Shown here: positions 37,715 to 47,139 of the stretch, in pieces | Layout of the letters: every line of letters starts with the position of its first letter | How positions within the stretch are numbered: the stretch's first letter is position 1 | Translations under genes and position numbers: made by a program | Source: Ruminococcus sp. | GTDB lineage: Bacteria > Bacillota > Clostridia > Oscillospirales > Ruminococcaceae | Length of the DNA: 60,263 bases | Reading direction: 5' to 3' | NCBI GenBank assembly: GCA_017513795.1 | Contig: JAFXEJ010000102.1 | Span: 1-60,263, forward strand | Notes under the pieces: generated by a model | The model's database searches: none | Told to the model about the DNA's origin: nothing | What the model saw: the letters and a program-made list of their open reading frames with translations, nothing else

Positions 37715-38988
37715 TGGAAAAGAAAATCCTTACAAGCAAGAGAACAGGCGACAGCTGTATTCATGTGAAGCACAGCAGCGGTCTTGATATCTATATATGC
37801 GAAATGCCCGGATTCAGCAGTGTTGAGGCTCTTTTCGGAACAAAATACGGCTCTGTCAACACCATGTTCAAAATGCGTGACGACAAGGAATATACCGTTG
37901 TTCCCGAAGGAATTGCACATTTTCTGGAGCACAAGCTCTTTGAAAACGAGGACTGCGATGTATTTGAGCTCTATGCAAAGACAGGCGCAAACGGAAATGC
38001 ATATACTTCCTTTGACAAGACCTGCTACCTTTTCAACTGCTCCGCAAATTATCAGGAATCACTGAAAATTCTCCTTGATTTTGTTCAGAAGCCGTATTTC
38101 ACACAGGCTACTGTTGACAAGGAACAGGGAATAATCGGTCAGGAAATAAAAATGACAAATGATAATCCCGAATGGCGTGTGTTCTTCAATATGCTCCGCT
38201 GTATGTATCACGAGCATCCCGTAAAGATAGACATTGCCGGAACAGTTGAGAGTATTGCAAAAATTGACGCTGATCTGCTTTACAAGTGCTATTATACGTT
38301 CTATAACCTCAATAATATGGTTCTGTCGATAGCCGGAAATATCAAGGCTGATGAGGTTCTTGCAATATGCGATGAATGCCTCAGACCATGCGAGGATAAG
38401 GGACTTGAAACAGTATTCCCTGACGAGCCGGATACCGTTGTAGAACCCGAAATCTACGAAATACAGCCGGTCGGAGCACCTATATTCCACATAGGCTATA
38501 AGTGCCGTCCGTGCAGCGGTCAGGAGCGTCTGAAAAAATCTATGGCAGCGTCTCTTGCAGTTTCACTCATAACTGACGCCTCCACTGAAATGTACAAAAA
38601 ACTCCTTGACGAAGGCGTTATAAATTCAAGCTTCGGCGGAGAAGTTTTCGTCGGCGACGGATATTTCTCTGTGATATTCAGCGGAGAATCAGGCTCTCCT
38701 GAAATCATCCGTGACAGCATCAGAAACGAAGCCGAAAGACTTATCAGCGAGGGCATAAACGAAAAGGATTTCCAGCGCATAAAGAAATCCGCATATGGTA
38801 TGTCAGTCCGTGAGCTTAATAACGTCGAGGTCGTTGCAAATCTCATGATAAACGCCCACATGGAGGGCGCAGGACCTTACGATTCAATAGAAGTTCTTTC
38901 AGAAATGACCTCGCAGGATGTGCTTGATTTCATCCGCAGCGAGTTTGATCCTGAAAAGCTTGTAATGTCGGTTGTAAAAGGAGAGTGA
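37714..38988 (+). CDS. ymfH: M16 peptidase (YmfH-like)
   Basis: PEGIAHFLEHKLFE, NAYTSFDKT, KEQGIIGQEI. Confidence 0.85.
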   Translation: MEKKILTSKRTGDSCIHVKHSSGLDIYICEMPGFSSVEALFGTKYGSVNTMFKMRDDKEYTVVPEGIAHFLEHKLFENEDCDVFELYAKTGANGNAYTSFDKTCYLFNCSANYQESLKILLDFVQKPYFTQATVDKEQGIIGQEIKMTNDNPEWRVFFNMLRCMYHEHPVKIDIAGTVESIAKIDADLLYKCYYTFYNLNNMVLSIAGNIKADEVLAICDECLRPCEDKGLETVFPDEPDTVVEPEIYEIQPVGAPIFHIGYKCRPCSGQERLKKSMAASLAVSLITDASTEMYKKLLDEGVINSSFGGEVFVGDGYFSVIFSGESGSPEIIRDSIRNEAERLISEGINEKDFQRIKKSAYGMSVRELNNVEVVANLMINAHMEGAGPYDSIEVLSEMTSQDVLDFIRSEFDPEKLVMSVVKGE

Positions 38989-38993
38989 ATTAA

Positions 38994-40118
38994 GTGAAGG
39001 CAGTTGAAAAAATAACGGAACTTGACAAGATTTCCTTCCCAAAGCTTGGCTGGGAATTCAGCATTGATCCCACGGCGTTCAAGATAGGAAGTCTTGAAAT
39101 ACAGTGGTACGGAATCCTTATCACACTCGGACTTGTACTTGCGGTAATTTACTGTATACCAAAAATGAAACGCTTCGGTCTTGATGCCGACAGAGCAATT
39201 GACGCTGTTATCGGCGGAGTTCTCGGCGGAATCATTGGTGCAAGAGCATATTATGTTATTCTGGAGTGGGATGAATACAAAGGCAATCTCAAGGAAATAT
39301 TCAATACCCGTGGCGGCGGACTTGCGATATACGGCGGAATTATAGGCGCCTTGCTTGTGGGGCTTCTGATATGTAAAATCCGGAAAGTAAAAGCACTCCC
39401 TATGCTTGACGTTACGGTTCTCGGATTCCTGATAGGACAGGGTATCGGACGCTGGGGCAACTTTATCAATCAGGAAGCATATGGTTCAAATACTGACAGC
39501 CTTTTTGGTATGACAGGCGGAAGAATCCAGGCTGAGCTTGCAAAGGAAACCACTGATATATCAGGAAATATGGCTCAGGAGGGCATTGAGGTTTTCGCAG
39601 ATTACGCTGTTCATCCATGCTTTTTGTATGAATCCCTCTGGTGTCTGCTCGGATTTGTAATTCTTGCGTTTATTTCAAAGCGCAGAAAATATGACGGTCA
39701 GATATTCCTCATGTACCTCGGCTGGTACGGTGCAGAAAGATTCTTCGTTGAAGGTCTGCGCACAGACAGCCTTATGATCGGAAATATCAGAGCGTCACAG
39801 CTTCTTTCTGCTGTACTTTTTATCGTATCTGTAGTTCTTCAGACAGTGATATTCTTTAAACGCAGAAGGGATCCCGAAGCATTCGTGCTTTACGCAAATA
39901 CGGAAGAATCAAGACAGCTTATCGAGGAATCACGCAGAAAGCGCATGGGCGTTCCGGCTGAGGATATACACCTCAATCTTGACGATGACTTTGATGAGGA
40001 ATTCTCAGATGATGATTTCGACGATGACGATGACGATGATACAGACGGCGGCGAAGCTGAGGCTGCTCAGGAAGAACCGCAGAAAATAAATGAAGAAGAA
40101 AATAAGGAGGATAAATAA
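38994..40118 (+). CDS. lgt: Prolipoprotein diacylglyceryl transferase
   Basis: WYG, GGLAIYGG, GRWGNFINQE, HP.FLYES, RFFVE.LR. Confidence 0.95.
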   Translation: MKAVEKITELDKISFPKLGWEFSIDPTAFKIGSLEIQWYGILITLGLVLAVIYCIPKMKRFGLDADRAIDAVIGGVLGGIIGARAYYVILEWDEYKGNLKEIFNTRGGGLAIYGGIIGALLVGLLICKIRKVKALPMLDVTVLGFLIGQGIGRWGNFINQEAYGSNTDSLFGMTGGRIQAELAKETTDISGNMAQEGIEVFADYAVHPCFLYESLWCLLGFVILAFISKRRKYDGQIFLMYLGWYGAERFFVEGLRTDSLMIGNIRASQLLSAVLFIVSVVLQTVIFFKRRRDPEAFVLYANTEESRQLIEESRRKRMGVPAEDIHLNLDDDFDEEFSDDDFDDDDDDDTDGGEAEAAQEEPQKINEEENKEDK

Positions 40119-40119
40119 A

Positions 40120-40977
40120 ATGGCACAGATTATCGACGGAAAGGCAGTTTCAGCTGCTGTAAAACAGGAGGTTGCTGAGGAAACAGCAAGACTCAAGGAC
40201 GAAAAGGGACTTAAAATCGGACTTGCAGTAGTTATCGTGGGAAATAATCCCGCATCAAGAGTTTATGTAAACAATAAGAAAAAGGCTTGCGAGGCTGTAG
40301 GCTTCCAGTCTTTCGAGTATGCTCTCGATGAGAATACTACACAGGAACAGCTTCTTGACCTTATTAATGTACTTAACCGTGACGTAAGAGTAAACGGAAT
40401 TCTTGTTCAGCTTCCTCTGCCGGCACATATCGACGAGAAAAAGGTTATCGACGCTATTTCTCCCGACAAGGACGTTGACGCTTTCCACGCAATCAACGTA
40501 GGTAAGATCATGATCGGCGAATATGCATTTCTTCCCTGTACACCGGCTGGCGTTATGCGCCTTATCGAAAGCACAGGAACTGAGATTTCAGGAAAACAGT
40601 GCGTTGTAATCGGTAGAAGCAATATCGTGGGTAAGCCTATGGCAATGCTTCTTCTCCACCAGAGCGGAACTGTTACTATCTGTCATTCAAGAACTCAGAA
40701 TCTCAAGGAGATCTGTCTTGGAGCTGATATTCTTGTTGTTGCTGTCGGAAAGGCTAACTTTGTTACCGGCGATATGATAAAGGAAGGCGCAGTTGTTATT
40801 GACGTTGGTATGAATCGCCTTGATAACGGTAAACTCTGCGGAGACGTTGAGTATGAGTCAGCAGAAAAGAAGGCTTCCTATATTACTCCTGTTCCCGGCG
40901 GCGTTGGTCCTATGACTATTGCTATGCTTATGAAAAATACCCTCACCGCTGCAAAGCAGCAGGCTGGTATAGAATAA
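40120..40977 (+). CDS. folD: Methylenetetrahydrofolate dehydrogenase/cyclohydrolase
   Basis: LVQLPLP, KDVD, PCTP.G, GRSNIVGKP, PVPGGVGPMT; AAGGAGG RBS. Confidence 0.96.
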   Translation: MAQIIDGKAVSAAVKQEVAEETARLKDEKGLKIGLAVVIVGNNPASRVYVNNKKKACEAVGFQSFEYALDENTTQEQLLDLINVLNRDVRVNGILVQLPLPAHIDEKKVIDAISPDKDVDAFHAINVGKIMIGEYAFLPCTPAGVMRLIESTGTEISGKQCVVIGRSNIVGKPMAMLLLHQSGTVTICHSRTQNLKEICLGADILVVAVGKANFVTGDMIKEGAVVIDVGMNRLDNGKLCGDVEYESAEKKASYITPVPGGVGPMTIAMLMKNTLTAAKQQAGIE

Positions 40978-41007
40978 TCAAAAAAAACAGCCCTTTATGG
41001 GCTGTTT

Positions 41008-41175
41008 GAGATTGTTGAAAAATATAATTCTTTGCGGGCGAACACAGTTCGCCCCTATTTTATAATATACAGAATAGCCGTCCCCTACAGATTGGCTGTT
41101 TTACATGTATAAATGTAGGGACGACCATTGGTCGTCCGCTTGAATTTGTAAAAAAATAGGTTTGTCTACAATATG
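41008..41175. mobile_element. Non-autonomous element with IS1182-like ends carrying GTAG-type REPs, flanked by a 19-bp duplicated terminator
   Basis: Ends GAGATTGTTGAAAAA / TTTGTCTACAATATG (11/15 IR); direct repeats 40989-41007 and 41176-41194 (18/19); REPs at 41035-41058 and 41115-41138. Confidence 0.65.
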
Positions 41176-41202
41176 AGCCCTTTATGGGCTTTTTTATTTG
41201 TT

Positions 41203-41805
41203 TTAAGAAGTTGCATTTTCTGCTGATTCTGTACCATATCGTTCAACGAGACCGTTGAGAGTACCAACGAATTTCCAGCCGTCGTTTTCTACTTTAACGA
41301 GACAGGCGGTATTAGGCTTTGCGTTACCGTTATAATCGAGGATATTAAACTTGAAATCATATCCCTCAGTGACATGAAGTGCATTAACTACAACACCTCT
41401 TGTTGCGGTAAAGTCGATGAGATACTGTTCTGCCCAGCCGAGCTGTTCATCGGTCAGAGGGGTAGAGCTTTCAATGCTTGTGATAGACGGCACGTTTTTG
41501 CTGAGATCAAGCATCTGATTTTTTCCGTTGTTGTAATCGACAACAAGCTGACGGTATTCATCTTTTGCGATCATATCGTCGATCATCTGCTGAGTATACA
41601 TATAATTGAAAGCAGCTTCACCGGCGTCTCTGGTGTAGTTAGTCACAAAGAAGTCTTTAAGAGCCTCCTCGCCGGAAAGACCTTTCTGTGCTTCGCCGTA
41701 TGTGACTGTATTTCCGGTATCTTCGCCTTTGTTTTTCTTGTCGCACGAAACTGTGCAGGCTACCATAAGACAGCATGCAAGAATAGCAGATAATGCTTTT
41801 TTCAT
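41203..41805 (-). CDS. Hypothetical lipoprotein
   Basis: Signal peptide ending TVSC; AAGGAG RBS. Confidence 0.75.
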   Translation of the reverse strand: MKKALSAILACCLMVACTVSCDKKNKGEDTGNTVTYGEAQKGLSGEEALKDFFVTNYTRDAGEAAFNYMYTQQMIDDMIAKDEYRQLVVDYNNGKNQMLDLSKNVPSITSIESSTPLTDEQLGWAEQYLIDFTATRGVVVNALHVTEGYDFKFNILDYNGNAKPNTACLVKVENDGWKFVGTLNGLVERYGTESAENATS

Positions 41806-41820
41806 GTTAAATTCTCCTTA

Positions 41821-42948
41821 TTAATAGAGTCTTTCGATTGTATATCCCTTATTTTCGAGCAGAGCTGTTACGCCCTTATCGCCGGCAAAATGAAGTGCAC
41901 CTACCATAAAGAAGTAATTATCGCCGTTTTCGAGGAATTCAGCAGCCTTATCAGCCATACCTTCGTTTCTTTTGTAGATCATGATATCGTTGTATGCCGC
42001 ATAATCATCGAGATATTCTTCGGGAATATCCTCTGTATCGTTGGACATAGCTTCAAGAGCAACCATATCGCCGGCTGCCCATGCGTCATAGAGTTCTCCG
42101 AGACCCTGTGCGATTTCTTCAGGTTTTTCAAGATCTTCGGGCGCTTGTCTGAGACAGTAATCAGCGTATTCATCGGAATATGCTGTCATAACCTGAGCCT
42201 GAATTTCAAGAGTTTCTATGCTGACGATATCCTTGCCGTCTTCTGCTGCCATTTCGAGGAATCTTGAATCAACTCCTTCTGTGGAGAGATTCTTGAAGGA
42301 AGTCATAGCTAATGTTTCAATCTGGCTTACCCAGAAGCCGGGCTTATAGACATCAAGGGCACTTGCGTACATACTGAGTTCAGAGAGAGCTTCTTTTCCG
42401 GCTTCATAAGCTTCTTCGGAGATATGGTCGCTGATTTTTGTACCGTCAGTGTATATCATCTGCATAAGGAGTTCCTGTGCAACGGAAATTTCTTCAAGCT
42501 TGCGGACGTCATATTCTACAGCGATACCGTCGCTTTTTTCGTAAACGTCGAGAAGGTAGTCAGGCATTGAGAATTTATCTTCGCTGACAACGTGAATTGT
42601 TCCCAGAAGATAAAGTTCGTTTCCGCTATCAGGATCAGTAGCCTTCCAGAGTGCCGGCGCAGTAGCTTCAGCGGTGATGTAGTCGTTTATGTCGATATCG
42701 GTGAAATCCTTTTTGTCATCATCTTTTTCAGCCGTTGTATCTTCTTCCGGTTCAGTTTTCTTTTCCGTTTCAGCGGGTTCATCGGATTCGGCAGGTTCTT
42801 CGGTTTCCTTTTCTGCGGAAGCTGTTGTATCAGCTTCAGATGAGGAATTATCCTTGCTGCCTGTGTCGGATGAGCTTTTTTCTGCTCCGCATGAAGCGAA
42901 TGTAAGAAGCATTGCGGATGTGATAAGAAGTGCTTTGAGTTTGTTCAT
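41821..42948 (-). CDS. TraB/GumN family lipoprotein
   Basis: Lipobox FASC; YLLGTIH, G.D, E....Q, RN..MA, VGALH. Confidence 0.87.
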   Translation of the reverse strand: MNKLKALLITSAMLLTFASCGAEKSSSDTGSKDNSSSEADTTASAEKETEEPAESDEPAETEKKTEPEEDTTAEKDDDKKDFTDIDINDYITAEATAPALWKATDPDSGNELYLLGTIHVVSEDKFSMPDYLLDVYEKSDGIAVEYDVRKLEEISVAQELLMQMIYTDGTKISDHISEEAYEAGKEALSELSMYASALDVYKPGFWVSQIETLAMTSFKNLSTEGVDSRFLEMAAEDGKDIVSIETLEIQAQVMTAYSDEYADYCLRQAPEDLEKPEEIAQGLGELYDAWAAGDMVALEAMSNDTEDIPEEYLDDYAAYNDIMIYKRNEGMADKAAEFLENGDNYFFMVGALHFAGDKGVTALLENKGYTIERLY

Positions 42949-43011
42949 TTTAGTAAATCCCTTTCATGGTAAATAAATTTACAGGAGCTCCCTATAAACT
43001 CCTGTGTTATT

Positions 43012-43040
43012 ATTTTAACACAGTATAATGATATTGTCAA
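43012..43040 (-). promoter_or_regulatory. sigmaA-type promoter of TraB/GumN gene
   Basis: TTGACA-17-TAAAAT with TG extension. Confidence 0.7.
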
Positions 43041-43057
43041 GTAGGTGCGAACCCGTG

Positions 43058-43207
43058 GTATGTGTAAAATTTTTGTAGGCAAACATATTTTTTGTTTTAT
43101 TTCTTATGTAGGGGCGGATGCCTACATCCGCCCGCTATGAATGTAATATGTTTACGGTGCGATGTGGGCATCGCACTCTACAATGCTCATATTTATTTTA
43201 CACATAC
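43058..43207. mobile_element. 150-bp MITE with perfect 13-bp TIRs carrying an inverted REP pair, inserted in the loop of another REP
   Basis: GTATGTGTAAAAT / ATTTTACACATAC; AACCCGTG duplicated at 43050-43057 and 43209-43216; internal REPs 43108-43134 (+) and 43155-43181 (-). Confidence 0.75.
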
Positions 43208-43254
43208 AAACCCGTGTGTTCGCCCGCAAAAAAATTATATTTATTGATAAGCTG

Positions 43255-43285
43255 AATCCCCCGATATATTATGTATCGGGGGATT
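43255..43285 (-). terminator. Hairpin after rpoC (probable terminator)
   Basis: AATCCCCCGATA-loop-TATCGGGGGATT just past the stop codon. Confidence 0.75.
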
Positions 43286-43289
43286 ATCA

Positions 43290-46200
43290 TTATACTATAG
43301 GATTAGTAATAGGGGAAGGAATCTGCTGCTGAGCGTGTTCATTGAAGCCTTCATTCTTTACAACTTCAACACGGTTGTAGCAGTCCATACCTGTACCGGC
43401 AGGAATAAGCTTACCGATAATAACGTTTTCTTTAAGACCGAGAAGTCTGTCGCTCTTTCCTCTGATAGCAGCGTCTGTGAGAGCCTTTGTTGTTTCCTGG
43501 AAGGAAGCGGCTGACATGAAGCTGTCAGAGTTGGAGGATGCCTTTGTGATACCCTGAAGAACAGGAGTTGTCTGAACGAGCTGGAGATCATATTCACCGG
43601 CGTCGATTCTTGCCTGAAGTTCTTCGTTGATGATATCAATTTCCTTGCGGTCAACGAGAGTTCCGGGAAGGAGATAGCTGCTTCCTGTTTCCTCAACCTT
43701 GATCTTTCTGAGCATCTGACGAACAATAACTTCGATGTGTTTATCGTTGATATCAACACCCTGGAGACGGTATACCTTCTGTACTTCGTTGATGATGTAG
43801 TTCTGTACACTTTGAGTACCAAGGATATTAAGGATATCAGCGGGATAGATGTTACCTTCAGTGAGACGTGTACCCTTTTCGATATATTCACCCTCCTGAA
43901 CACGGATCTTGAGGTTATAGGGGATCATATAGCTTTCAGAGTCGCCGTTTTCGTCACTGGTAACGATGATATTTCTTGTAGTCTTGATTTCTTCGATGTG
44001 AATCTTACCTGAGAGTCTTGAAAGGATAGCCGCACCCTTGGGACGTCTGCTTTCAAAGAGTTCTTCAACACGGGGAAGACCCTGTGTGATATCTTCAGCG
44101 TCGGCGGAAGCAACACCACCGGTATGGAACGTTCTCATGGTAAGCTGTGTACCAGGTTCACCGATAGACTGAGCAGCGATGATACCAACAGCTTCACCGA
44201 CAGAAACGATATTGTTGTTAGCGAGGTTAGCGCCGTAGCACTTAGCACATACGCCGGTTCTTGCCTTACAGTTAAGAACGGAGCGGATCTTGATTTTTTC
44301 AACGCCTGCGTCAATGATCTTCTTAGCGTCAGCGTCATTTATCATCTTGCTGCGTGAAACGATAAGCTCGCCTGATTCGTCACGGAGATCCTCAGAGAGG
44401 AATCTGCCTACGAGACGTTCAATGAACGGTTCAACGATTTCGTTGCCGTTTCTGATTTCGTAAACTTCGATACCGTCAGTAGTACCGCAGTCTTCCTCAC
44501 GGATGATAACATCCTGAGAAACGTCAACAAGACGACGTGTAAGGTAACCAGAGTCAGCGGTACGGAGAGCCGTATCAGCAAGACCTTTACGGGCACCACG
44601 GGATGCGACAAAGTATTCGAGGATGTTAAGACCTTCACGGTAGTTAGCTCTGATCGGGATTTCGATAACGCCGCCTGATGTATTAGCGATAAGTCCACGC
44701 ATACCGGCAAGCTGACGGATCTGTGAGATAGAACCACGGGCACCGGAGTCAGCCATCATCCAGATAGGATTGTAGCGGTCGAAGTTAGCCTTCAGAGCAG
44801 CAGTAACTCTGTCGTTTGTTTCAGTCCAGAGAGCGATGATTTTCTTGGACTTTTCCTGAGCGGAGATATATCCGTACTCATACTCAGTTGTGATCTGTTC
44901 AACCTCTGTGTCAGCCTCAGCAAGGATGCTCTTTTTCTGGGGCGGGATTGAAGCGTCACAAACAGCAACGGTAAGAGCTGCTCTTGTGGAGTATTTATAA
45001 CCGAGAGCCTTGATTCTGTCAAGAACTTCGGAAGTTGTTGTTGTACCATGGATCTTGATGCAGCGTTCAATGATATCAGAGAGCTGCTTCTTTCCAACGA
45101 GGAATGCAACTTCAAGATCGAACTGCTTGTCGGAGTTTGTTCTGTCAACGTATCCGAGATTCTGCGGGATATTTTCGTTGAAGATAAGACGTCCTACAGT
45201 AGCGTCGATGATCTTTGATACCTTCTTGTCGCCGATATCCTTGGTGATCTTTACCTTGATGTTAGCGTGGAGAGATACATCATGCTCATGGTAAGCCATA
45301 AGAGCTTCATTTACATCACGGAATACCTTTCCTTCGCCGGGTTCGCCGGGCTTATCCATAGTAAGGTAGTAAGAACCAAGAACCATATCCTGTGACGGAA
45401 CAGCAACAGGCTTACCGTCAGAGGGCTTAAGCAGGTTGTTTGCAGCAAGCATGAGGAAACGTGCTTCTGCCTGTGCTTCTGCTGAAAGCGGAAGATGTAC
45501 AGCCATCTGGTCGCCGTCGAAGTCAGCGTTGAACGCAGAACATACGAGAGGGTGAAGCTTGATTGCACGTCCCTCAACGAGAACAGGCTCGAATGCCTGA
45601 ATACCAAGACGGTGAAGTGTGGGGGCACGGTTAAGCATTACAGGGTGATCCTTGATAACGTCTTCGAGAGCGTCCCATACCTTGTTGTCAGCACGTTCGA
45701 TAAGCTTTCTTGCAGATTTTATATTAGCGATAGCCTTTTTGTCAACGAGTCTTTTCAGAACGAAGGGCTTAAAGAGCTCCAGAGCCATTTCCTTAGGAAG
45801 ACCGCACTGGTACATTTTAAGCTCAGGGCCTACTACGATAACTGAACGTCCGGAGTAGTCAACACGCTTACCGAGAAGGTTCTGACGGAAACGTCCCTGC
45901 TTACCCTTAAGCATATCTGAAAGTGATTTAAGAGCACGGTTGCTGGGACCTGTAACAGGTCTGCCGTGTCTGCCGTTGTCAATAAGAGCGTCAACAGCTT
46001 CCTGAAGCATTCTCTTTTCGTTTCTAACGATGATATCAGGAGCTTCAAGTTCAAGCATTCTCTTGAGACGGTTGTTTCTGTTGATAACACGTCTGTAGAG
46101 GTCATTGAGGTCAGATGTTGCATAACGTCCGCCGTCGAGCATAATCATCGGACGGAGATCGGGCGGAATTACAGGAACAACGTCCATTATCATCCACTCA

Positions 46201-47024
46201 GGCTTGTTTCCGGAAAGACGGAAAGCCTCAACGATCTGAAGTCTCTTGAGGAGCTTTACCTTTTTCTGACCAGCGGGAAGTCCCACAAGTTCAGCCTTGA
46301 GGTCATCAGCAACGATCTCGATGTTGTTTCTCCAGTCGATGCCTTCAAGCTCATTGAATTTAGCGCATTCTTCGCACTCACACTGATCCGGTCTGTTGAA
46401 GCACTGGATCTTCTTTCCGCCGAGAGAGATTTTTCCGAGTTCGATAAGACGGTTCTTGTAGGCGTCATATCTTGCGGGATCATACTCGTTAAGGAGCTTC
46501 TTTATAGCCTCAGCGCCCATTTCAGCCTTGAAATCGTCGCCGTATTTTTCACGGTATGAAAGATATTCCTTTTCGGAAAGGAGCTGTTTTTTCATCAGCT
46601 CTGTGCTGCCGGGATCAATAACGATATATTTAGTAAAGTAAAGGATTTCTTCAAGACGCTTCTGTGAAATTTCAAGAACCTGTCCGATACGGGAGGGAGT
46701 ACCCTTGAAGTACCAGATATGGGAAACGGGAGCTGCAAGCTCGATATGTCCCATTCTTTCACGACGGACTCTTGCTCTTGTAACTTCAACGCCGCAGCGG
46801 TCGCAGACCTTGCCCTTGAAGCGTATCTTCTTGAACTTTCCGCAGTGACATTCCCAGTCCTTTGTTGGTCCGAAGATTTTTTCGCAGAACAGACCTTCAC
46901 GTTCAGGTTTCTGAGTTCTGTAATTTATAGTTTCAGGTCTTTCAACAATACCGTATGACCAGCTTCTGATTTTTTCCGGTGATGCAAGACCGATTTTTAT
47001 TGATTCAAAAGTTGTAAATTCCAA
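43290..47024 (-). CDS. rpoC: RNA polymerase beta' subunit (TTG start)
   Basis: [29 protein letters not shown]; AGGAGG RBS. Confidence 0.99.
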   Translation of the reverse strand: MEFTTFESIKIGLASPEKIRSWSYGIVERPETINYRTQKPEREGLFCEKIFGPTKDWECHCGKFKKIRFKGKVCDRCGVEVTRARVRRERMGHIELAAPVSHIWYFKGTPSRIGQVLEISQKRLEEILYFTKYIVIDPGSTELMKKQLLSEKEYLSYREKYGDDFKAEMGAEAIKKLLNEYDPARYDAYKNRLIELGKISLGGKKIQCFNRPDQCECEECAKFNELEGIDWRNNIEIVADDLKAELVGLPAGQKKVKLLKRLQIVEAFRLSGNKPEWMIMDVVPVIPPDLRPMIMLDGGRYATSDLNDLYRRVINRNNRLKRMLELEAPDIIVRNEKRMLQEAVDALIDNGRHGRPVTGPSNRALKSLSDMLKGKQGRFRQNLLGKRVDYSGRSVIVVGPELKMYQCGLPKEMALELFKPFVLKRLVDKKAIANIKSARKLIERADNKVWDALEDVIKDHPVMLNRAPTLHRLGIQAFEPVLVEGRAIKLHPLVCSAFNADFDGDQMAVHLPLSAEAQAEARFLMLAANNLLKPSDGKPVAVPSQDMVLGSYYLTMDKPGEPGEGKVFRDVNEALMAYHEHDVSLHANIKVKITKDIGDKKVSKIIDATVGRLIFNENIPQNLGYVDRTNSDKQFDLEVAFLVGKKQLSDIIERCIKIHGTTTTSEVLDRIKALGYKYSTRAALTVAVCDASIPPQKKSILAEADTEVEQITTEYEYGYISAQEKSKKIIALWTETNDRVTAALKANFDRYNPIWMMADSGARGSISQIRQLAGMRGLIANTSGGVIEIPIRANYREGLNILEYFVASRGARKGLADTALRTADSGYLTRRLVDVSQDVIIREEDCGTTDGIEVYEIRNGNEIVEPFIERLVGRFLSEDLRDESGELIVSRSKMINDADAKKIIDAGVEKIKIRSVLNCKARTGVCAKCYGANLANNNIVSVGEAVGIIAAQSIGEPGTQLTMRTFHTGGVASADAEDITQGLPRVEELFESRRPKGAAILSRLSGKIHIEEIKTTRNIIVTSDENGDSESYMIPYNLKIRVQEGEYIEKGTRLTEGNIYPADILNILGTQSVQNYIINEVQKVYRLQGVDINDKHIEVIVRQMLRKIKVEETGSSYLLPGTLVDRKEIDIINEELQARIDAGEYDLQLVQTTPVLQGITKASSNSDSFMSAASFQETTKALTDAAIRGKSDRLLGLKENVIIGKLIPAGTGMDCYNRVEVVKNEGFNEHAQQQIPSPITNPIV

Positions 47025-47139
47025 ACTGCTACCTCCTGTTGATTTAAGTAGGTATAAGATATCACTGCTGCGGAAGGGGAGTTATTTCTTCCGCAGAGTG
47101 GGTATCATTGGTTTCAGGGCTTATATTGGGGAACTTATA

